In this document: positions 37,331 to 43,540 of the stretch, piece by piece
Layout: every line of letters starts with the position of its first letter
How positions within the stretch are numbered: the first letter of the stretch is position 1
DNA from: Candidatus Hodarchaeota archaeon
GTDB lineage: Archaea; Asgardarchaeota; Lokiarchaeia; Sigyniarchaeales; SOKP01
Assembly: GCA_048886305.1 (NCBI GenBank)
Contig: JBHLKV010000004.1
Location: forward strand, 1 to 43,540
Direction of reading: 5' to 3'
DNA length: 43,540 bases
Notes under the pieces: generated by a model
What the model saw: the letters and a program-made list of their open reading frames with translations, nothing else
What the model was told of the DNA's origin: nothing
Databases searched by the model: none
Translations under genes and position numbers: made by a program

Positions 37331-37813
37331 ATAATTTCTAAAGGTTTTATTAGCAAAGAATTATCTAATCAAATCTTCGGAAATGAATTAAGGTTAGAAG
37401 AATCAAATAGTTTAGACCAACCAAAATTTCAAAATCCTATTTTTAACCAAATTTCTGAACTGGTTTCAGAGTTATTAAAGCAAAAGGACTCAAATGAAAA
37501 TTTTTATACAATTTCAGATTTAATAATCTCATCATTAATAGCATATGAAAACAGATATCCGGTAAAGATTAATCAAAATATCAATAATACTTATGAAAAT
37601 TACCTTCACAAGAGTAATCCTTTGGAAAGCGATAATGCAGCAGAAGAGTATCTTATTATTTCAAATGATATTCACTCTTTATTATCTAATTGTACCAATT
37701 TAACTAACAATCAAAAATTAGAGTTTTGTAATAGTCAGAGATACTTTATGAAATTATTTTTGAAAGATATGTTGATTAAAATTAACAATAAACAGTACAA
37801 GTCAAAGAAATAA
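37331..37813 (+). CDS. Hypothetical protein; frame much longer than the 63-aa track ORF, start uncertain
   Basis: Frame is stop-free from 37328 to 37813 but has no ATG/GTG/TTG before 37622. ATA 37331 and ATT 37334 follow an SD-like GGTTGAT. Confidence 0.45.
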   Translation: MISKGFISKELSNQIFGNELRLEESNSLDQPKFQNPIFNQISELVSELLKQKDSNENFYTISDLIISSLIAYENRYPVKINQNINNTYENYLHKSNPLESDNAAEEYLIISNDIHSLLSNCTNLTNNQKLEFCNSQRYFMKLFLKDMLIKINNKQYKSKK

Positions 37814-37840
37814 AAAGTAATAAAAAGTAAAAAAAAAAAT

Positions 37841-38542
37841 TTAAGTCTTAAGTCCAAGATATAACCATATGGCATAAGTCATCATGACTACTCTTATAAA
37901 GCCAATAGCCACACCTATTGGAAGTATTGAATCTAACGCACCGGTCAAGACAAAAATAATAAATCCAATAGCCAAGAACAAAAATTTCCTTCTTAAATCG
38001 CCTGTTGCTTGTTTAGCTTTTATTAAAAAGCCAATTCCTAAGAAAAACAATGTAGAAATTAAAAAGATGGCAACTAATAAAAAAGTTGGATGTTCCCTAA
38101 CAAAACTGGCATCTATTAAATCTTCACCAGGATTATCAAGTGTAAACTCGAATGAATGGTTTGTATTAAACCAAAGAAACATTTCAAAAGCGATACCTAA
38201 TGCTAAGAAGATCACTACGATAACCCATTTTCCTTTAGGCCAAATTAATTCACCTCCTAAGTACATTGAGACAAGTAAAGCTGGAGCGACCCACATATAA
38301 CTTAAAATCGAATAAACCTGAATTGGATCTATATTTTTTTCTGTAGTAAGCACAAAAATGAGATCAATGGAAGGTCCTAGCCATAAAAGACCTGTAAAAA
38401 ACATAGTAAGAGCTGCAACACCAAGAAGCTTTGCTTTTAGTTTTATGGCTTTGTACAGAGAGAATAACCCAAATAGAGTTGCTGATAGAACAATACCAGC
38501 CGCAGTTATACCATCCAACATTCCTTCTGGAGTGATAGTCAT
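37841..38542 (-). CDS. Hypothetical ~7-TM membrane protein
   Basis: About seven hydrophobic helices; no soluble output domain. Confidence 0.75.
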   Translation of the reverse strand: MTITPEGMLDGITAAGIVLSATLFGLFSLYKAIKLKAKLLGVAALTMFFTGLLWLGPSIDLIFVLTTEKNIDPIQVYSILSYMWVAPALLVSMYLGGELIWPKGKWVIVVIFLALGIAFEMFLWFNTNHSFEFTLDNPGEDLIDASFVREHPTFLLVAIFLISTLFFLGIGFLIKAKQATGDLRRKFLFLAIGFIIFVLTGALDSILPIGVAIGFIRVVMMTYAIWLYLGLKT

Positions 38543-38658
38543 TTTTAAATTTGCACCAATTTTAATAATTAATTAATTCTTGATAGAAGTAATATAATTA
38601 TTTATTATCATATCATTTTATTTATAATTATATTTTTTAGCAATATTGGAAAAAATAT

Positions 38659-39246
38659 TCAAAGTCTTATGTAAAAATAGGTTGAGACCTCTTTATTTCC
38701 CTTCTTCTGTTTAAGTTCATATTCATGCTTTAAATACGAATTCAAACCCTCTAAAGGATATTTGTGAGATATAACAATTGCATCCTTTTTTGCTGTAGAA
38801 AACACATGTTTTAAGTTTTTCTGCATTTTGGGAAAGGAATAGATATATATAAAATCAAATTTTTTCAAATTTTTTTGATAAAGATCTGTTAATTCGATTT
38901 TAATATTTTTTGCTATTTTTTTTTTATATTTCACTTTTAATATTTCAATTTTTTTTTTGGCTTCTTTAATCAAATTTGGATTAATTTCTATTCCAAAAGA
39001 TTTTATACCATAATTTAAAGCAGAATATATAATGACCGTGGCAACACCCGCTCCTAAATCAATCAGTTTTTGATTAGAGTTTTTTATTAAACCAAATCTA
39101 TCCTTTAGGATTTGAAATATTGCTTTTAAAAGGTCTGGTGAGGTTTCTAAGAAGGGCAAATCCAATTGAGAGATAAAATTTGACCAAATTATTCTGGGCA
39201 TAGAAGATCTACTAAATTTTTTTATATTTTTCCCAATCTCATTCAT
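38659..39246 (-). CDS. Class I SAM-dependent methyltransferase (FAM173/DOT1-like small MTase)
   Basis: LPFLET, LIDLGAG, GIEINP, DFIYIY, VISHKYP. Confidence 0.75.
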   Translation of the reverse strand: MNEIGKNIKKFSRSSMPRIIWSNFISQLDLPFLETSPDLLKAIFQILKDRFGLIKNSNQKLIDLGAGVATVIIYSALNYGIKSFGIEINPNLIKEAKKKIEILKVKYKKKIAKNIKIELTDLYQKNLKKFDFIYIYSFPKMQKNLKHVFSTAKKDAIVISHKYPLEGLNSYLKHEYELKQKKGNKEVSTYFYIRL

Positions 39247-39455
39247 TGCTTATTATAATCCCTTATCATTAAAGTTTAAGTATTATTTTGAAATGTTTGG
39301 AAAGAATTGAATTATTAACACTGAGATTATTTTAATTTCCTATTTTTCAAACTTTTAACCATTACAAATGTTATTAGTATGAAATAGTTAAAAAAGAGGG
39401 TTAGATACCTATCAAATATTTAAACACTGATTTTTGATATTTCGGTATTTTAGTA

Positions 39456-40478
39456 ATGGCTAACATTTTAGTTACTGGCGGTACTGGATTTATTGGTGTC
39501 CCATTAGTAAAGAAATTGAATGAGTTAGGTCATAATTTAAAAATCTTAATAAGAGAGAGTAGTAATACTGAACCTTTTCAAAATCTTAATAATATCGAAT
39601 ATATAACTGGTGATGTTCGGGACATTGATAGTTTATATAAAGCAGTAGATAATGTTGAAATTATTTATCATCTTGCGGCTTACACAGGAATATGGGCAAA
39701 AAGTAAATCAATTTACCATGATATTAATGTAAAGGGAACAGAAAATATCGCTAAAGTTGTTCTTGAAAATAATCTAAAATTATTTTATGTTAGTTCTTTC
39801 ACTGCTTTAGGTCCTACTCCTCCAGACCCTGTTGATGAAACGTATGAAAAAGAACATTTTTATATGGAATATGAGAAATCAAAATTTCAGGCAAAAAAAT
39901 TAGTGAAAAGTTTTATACCAAAAGGCTTGAAAATTGTAATATTCTATCCAGGAATTGTATATGGTCCAGGAGATTTTAATATTTTTGGAAGAATGCTTTT
40001 TGATGTTATGAGGGGAAAAACTCTTCCCTTAGGTGTATGTCCTGGAAAAGGAGAATCAATAACTTGCCTTTCGTATGTTAACGATTTAGCAGATACTTTT
40101 GTAAACGTAATCAACAGAGAAGATCTTTTTGGAGAAGAATTTATTCTTGGTGGAGAAAATATTAAATTTAGAGAATATCTGGATTTAATTGCTAAAATTG
40201 GTAGAAATAAAAAGGCAAAAAAGCTTCCATTCTGGGTTACAATGGTTTACGCATGGTTATTGGAAGTAAAAGCTTTTTTCAATAAAAAAGTACCCTATTT
40301 GACACGACCCACACTAAGAGCAATTAAGTACCATAGAGCATATTCTTCAAAAAAAGCTGTAGAAAAATTAGGTTTTAAAATTACTCCTTTAGAAGAAGGA
40401 TTACGTGAAACTATAGCATGGTATAAGAATTATATCGAAAAAGAAAAAAAAAATAGGAATAAGAATGTGTTAAAATGA
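39456..40478 (+). CDS. Extended SDR / NAD-dependent epimerase-dehydratase (HpnA/DFR-like)
   Basis: TGGTGFIG, HLAA, YEKSK (YxxxK), PGIVYGPGD. Confidence 0.9.
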   Translation: MANILVTGGTGFIGVPLVKKLNELGHNLKILIRESSNTEPFQNLNNIEYITGDVRDIDSLYKAVDNVEIIYHLAAYTGIWAKSKSIYHDINVKGTENIAKVVLENNLKLFYVSSFTALGPTPPDPVDETYEKEHFYMEYEKSKFQAKKLVKSFIPKGLKIVIFYPGIVYGPGDFNIFGRMLFDVMRGKTLPLGVCPGKGESITCLSYVNDLADTFVNVINREDLFGEEFILGGENIKFREYLDLIAKIGRNKKAKKLPFWVTMVYAWLLEVKAFFNKKVPYLTRPTLRAIKYHRAYSSKKAVEKLGFKITPLEEGLRETIAWYKNYIEKEKKNRNKNVLK

Positions 40479-40945
40479 CAGAAGAAAAATTAACAAGCCA
40501 AATTGTAGATGAGAAAGCATATAAAACAGAAATAGCTAGAAAATACACTAAATTTCTTTCGAAATATCCTGAGATTTTCTCAGATTTAATAAACGGTTCG
40601 AATTTTGATTTTGCGCTTTATAATTCAATTGAAACATATGATAAGGAATCTCCAGTTGATATATTTAATGTATATAGAAATGGAAATGGAATTGAAATAA
40701 AACCAGGAAGAGCAGTTGATTCAGATTTGGAACTAGCACTCTCGGTGGATGCAGTTAAAAAATTAATCAAAACAAAAACGAAAGTAGAATATGCTCAACT
40801 TTTAGGATCATTTTATGATAATCCAGATGAAGAAAAAGGCTGGATTGATTTTGTGTTGCTAAAAAGAACGCAAACATTAATTAATATGGGCTATGGAAAA
40901 TTTGCCCAGACTGCTGGTATCCTCAAAGATGATGACCATCTTTAA
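40475..40945 (+). CDS. Hypothetical protein, possible SCP2-like fold
   Basis: IEIKPGRAVDSDLELALSVDAVKKLI resembles the SCP2 'G....pD..l.......l' motif; ATGA overlap with the SDR gene. Confidence 0.55.
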   Translation: MTEEKLTSQIVDEKAYKTEIARKYTKFLSKYPEIFSDLINGSNFDFALYNSIETYDKESPVDIFNVYRNGNGIEIKPGRAVDSDLELALSVDAVKKLIKTKTKVEYAQLLGSFYDNPDEEKGWIDFVLLKRTQTLINMGYGKFAQTAGILKDDDHL

Positions 40946-40997
40946 AGTATTTTAAATTCTTTTTAAATAATTATTAGAAATATTATTAGAATAAATA

Positions 40998-42506
40998 ATG
41001 GTAATTAAATCTATGGCAAAAGTTCAAGAATTGGAAATAAAAAATAAATACACTGGTGAACTTATAGGATCTATTCCTGCTGACACACCAGAAACAGTTA
41101 AAGCGAAAATCAAGAAAGTACATAAAAATCAATATTTATTAAAAGAAATGGATTTTTTTGAACGAGCTCAACTTCTTTCTAAATTTGCTACTAAATTGCG
41201 TTTTAAAAAATCCAAATTAAAGGATTTGGTAGTTTCTGAAGGTGGCTTGCCAATCAAATATTCTGAATGGGAATTAAATATTGTAATGAATGGTTTTAAA
41301 TTCTGTGATTGGTATTATCAATTCCTAGAAGAAAAATCTTTAACGAGCATAGAAGGGGAGCAATTGGCTAAAATAAGATATATTCCTCATGGATTAGCAG
41401 CATGCATTTCTCCTCGAAATACCCCAATAAGTTTACCTCTTTATCAATTAGGAGCGAATTATTTAGTTGGTAATGGAGCTATTGTGAAGCCATCCACAGC
41501 TTGTCCATTAACTATGTTAGAAGCCTATTCTTTAATGGAAGAAATGGATTTACCTGCTCTAGGAGCTTTAGATTTAGTTATTGCTCCAGGGGAATGGGCC
41601 GTAGATGAATTTCTTAAGTCTCCATTAGTTAAAACTTTGATGACGATTACAGCGTCTCATACAGCAAAGGATATCTTGGTGCGATATGGTAGATTCCTGA
41701 AAAAAACTGTAGATAAATCAATGGGAGTTCCTATGTACACTCAACCATTTAAACACTTTTTTTTTGAATGCGCTGGAAATGATGCTGGAATTGTCATGGA
41801 TGATGTAAATTTAGAACAAGTTGCTAAGTGGAATGTAATGGCTAGTTATACTAATTCTGGACAACAGTGTTTCTCGATGAAGCGAATAATCGTTCATAAA
41901 AATATCTACGACCAATATATAGAATGTCTTGTGAAGGAAATTGAAAATTTAAAATATGGAGATCCAACTGATCCGGATACAGATATCGGTCCATTGGGAA
42001 GTAGGAGAATCCTGATGATGATGGAGGTGATGGTGAACGATGCAAAAAAATTCGGGACAAAAATTTTCATAGGAGGGGAGAAGATTGATACTGGAGAAGA
42101 TTATGGATTATTTTATAAACCCACTTTAGTTGAAATAAAACCGGAATTATGTGAAGATCTAACGACAGCTCCATTTTTATGGCGTGAAGAAGCCTTTGGG
42201 CCTGTTCGTTCTATTACAAAAGCTAATGATATGAAAGATGCAATAAGGTTAGCAAATGCCAGTAATTATGGTATGAGGGCAGTTGTTTATACTTCTAATC
42301 TAAAAAACATTGAAATTTTTAAGAATGAATTAGAAGCTGCGAATATTTATATTAATGCTAGACCTATGCTTGTTGATATTACAGTTTCGCTTGGTGGAAT
42401 TAAAGATTCTGCTTATCCAGCAGGATGTAAATATTATCCTCAGGAATTAGTATATGGAAAGTATATTTATGATGGTACTCCATTAAATTTAGAGAAAATT
42501 AAATAA
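40998..42506 (+). CDS. Aldehyde dehydrogenase family protein (divergent)
   Basis: VKPS, ECAGND (catalytic Glu), NSGQQC (catalytic Cys), EEAFGPV, ANASNYG, GGIKDS. Confidence 0.9.
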   Translation: MVIKSMAKVQELEIKNKYTGELIGSIPADTPETVKAKIKKVHKNQYLLKEMDFFERAQLLSKFATKLRFKKSKLKDLVVSEGGLPIKYSEWELNIVMNGFKFCDWYYQFLEEKSLTSIEGEQLAKIRYIPHGLAACISPRNTPISLPLYQLGANYLVGNGAIVKPSTACPLTMLEAYSLMEEMDLPALGALDLVIAPGEWAVDEFLKSPLVKTLMTITASHTAKDILVRYGRFLKKTVDKSMGVPMYTQPFKHFFFECAGNDAGIVMDDVNLEQVAKWNVMASYTNSGQQCFSMKRIIVHKNIYDQYIECLVKEIENLKYGDPTDPDTDIGPLGSRRILMMMEVMVNDAKKFGTKIFIGGEKIDTGEDYGLFYKPTLVEIKPELCEDLTTAPFLWREEAFGPVRSITKANDMKDAIRLANASNYGMRAVVYTSNLKNIEIFKNELEAANIYINARPMLVDITVSLGGIKDSAYPAGCKYYPQELVYGKYIYDGTPLNLEKIK

Positions 42507-42524
42507 TAGCAATTAGTTTTCACG

Positions 42525-42932
42525 ATGGAAGCAGAAGAATTATATAATAAACTGAAAACTTACTTTCCGAATAATTTGGATTTAATGAGATATTTAAATG
42601 TTAACGCTTGTTGGGAATATTATATTACAGAAAATTCTATAAATGAAGAAGTTTTCAAATTGCACTACTTCTTATACAAAAAAAAAGAGAATATGTTAGA
42701 GATAACAATAAAAAATCCTGGCATTGAACCTGATTTAATTCTATATTTTACTGAAAAAGCAATTTTAGATTTAATTAAGGGGAATCCGAGTGCGGATGAA
42801 TATTATCTTCGCTATCGTGAAGTAATGAATAATCCTAAACCTGGGATTGCATTGGATAATAAAATAAATAAACCAAGATTGAAGCTTTGGAAAATAGGTT
42901 ATAAAAAGTGGCAATCAGATTTCAAATTCTAA
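42525..42932 (+). CDS. Hypothetical protein, possible SCP2-like fold; distant paralog of 40475..40945
   Basis: EPDLILYFTEKAILDLI...EY...LWKIGYKKW parallels DSDLELALSVDAVKKLI...EY...LINMGYGKF. Confidence 0.55.
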   Translation: MEAEELYNKLKTYFPNNLDLMRYLNVNACWEYYITENSINEEVFKLHYFLYKKKENMLEITIKNPGIEPDLILYFTEKAILDLIKGNPSADEYYLRYREVMNNPKPGIALDNKINKPRLKLWKIGYKKWQSDFKF

Positions 42933-43061
42933 AGTAATTTATCTAATAAATTTCTAAATTTATTGAAAATTTAGAATTAATAAAAAGACAAATATAAAAT
43001 CATTGATATTAAATATCATCAAATTTTAATTTATTAAAACAAATTAAAATCAGTGGTAGAT

Positions 43062-43540
43062 ATGAATAAAGAAGATATATGTTTTTTGCCTGCTTATGAA
43101 ATGAGAGACAAAATAATAACTCAAGAACTTGCTTCTCAAGAGATTACTGAAACTATTATCGAAAGAATTGAAAAAATAAATCCAGTAATTAATGCTTATT
43201 GTACTCTCACCTTCAATTTAGCGAGAGATATGGCAAAGAAAGCTGATGAAGCAGTAAAAAAAGGTGAAAAATTGGGATTATTACATGGAATTCCAACTTC
43301 GATAAAAGATCTAATGTTTACTAAAGGAATAAGAACTACATTTGGATCATTAATGTATGAAAACTTTATACCGGAAGAGGATGATATTGCTGTAAAACGT
43401 TTAAAAGATGCTGGATGTGTAATGTTAGGAAAAACAAATACTCCTGAATTAGGTTATGCTGGTTCTACTCATAATCGCGTTTTTGGAGAGAGTAAAAATC
43501 CTTGGAAATTAGATAGAACTCCTGGAGGATCAACAGGGGG
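43062..43540 (+). CDS. Amidase-signature family enzyme, 3'-truncated by window edge
   Basis: Translated by hand: MNKEDICFLPAYEM...LHGIPTSIKDL...GKTNTPELG...NPWKLDRTPGGSTG. Confidence 0.9.
   Translation, partial: MNKEDICFLPAYEMRDKIITQELASQEITETIIERIEKINPVINAYCTLTFNLARDMAKKADEAVKKGEKLGLLHGIPTSIKDLMFTKGIRTTFGSLMYENFIPEEDDIAVKRLKDAGCVMLGKTNTPELGYAGSTHNRVFGESKNPWKLDRTPGGSTG

Noticed and set aside
37809-37839. AATAAAAAGT tandem duplication followed by poly-A
   Set aside because: Only two low-complexity units; best explained as the U-rich terminator zone between convergent genes.
39315-39432. AACACTGA repeated twice between the MTase and SDR genes
   Set aside because: An 8-bp match about 100 nt apart in AT-rich DNA is too weak to call a binding site.
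7976-42060. Short antisense or overlapping ORFs in the track (e.g. 7976, 9050, 9162, 9582, 9879, 10364, 12337, 13296, 13879, 15744, 18449, 20156, 22262, 25145, 26508, 28811, 29190, 30052, 30968, 35425, 37884, 38358, 41851)
   Set aside because: They are shadows of better-supported genes on the opposite strand and carry no recognisable motifs.
43062-43540. gatA
   Set aside because: Has KTNTPE rather than the GatA-type KTNMDEF; no gatC upstream; truncated. Called a generic amidase.
1-43540. CRISPR array, tRNA/rRNA genes, IS/transposase, prophage, in-frame UGA selenoprotein
   Set aside because: No regularly spaced repeats, cloverleafs, GC-rich rRNA-like tracts, transposase or viral motifs, or interrupted redox ORFs were seen by eye.

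Overview
AT-rich archaeal chromosomal segment, almost certainly from an Asgard archaeon (Lokiarchaeia-like). The evidence is archaeal-type AspRS, ThrRS, SepRS, RibK/RibL, TruD and Alba alongside eukaryotic-signature proteins (Rab-like GTPase, Rpn11/CSN5-like JAMM protein, longin-wHTH protein, a probable Bro1-domain protein). About 45 CDSs, mostly housekeeping, metabolic and membrane genes; no rRNA, tRNA, CRISPR array or transposase recognised. Top candidate: an unannotated ~435-nt structured ncRNA on the minus strand (6343->5908). It has its own TATA box, a 13-bp terminal helix, a U12 terminator and a core whose helix order resembles a group I ribozyme (P3-P4-P7-P8-P9). Other leads: a probable Bro1 + ESCRT-I steadiness-box fusion, an NPRL2-like longin-wHTH protein, a second rod-shaped RNA candidate behind an NYN RNase, an acyltransferase-GT87-acyltransferase cluster, and genes the ORF track missed or truncated (a 56-aa zinc finger; CTG/ATN starts). 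All family calls are motif recognition by eye and from memory; no searches or folding programs were run.
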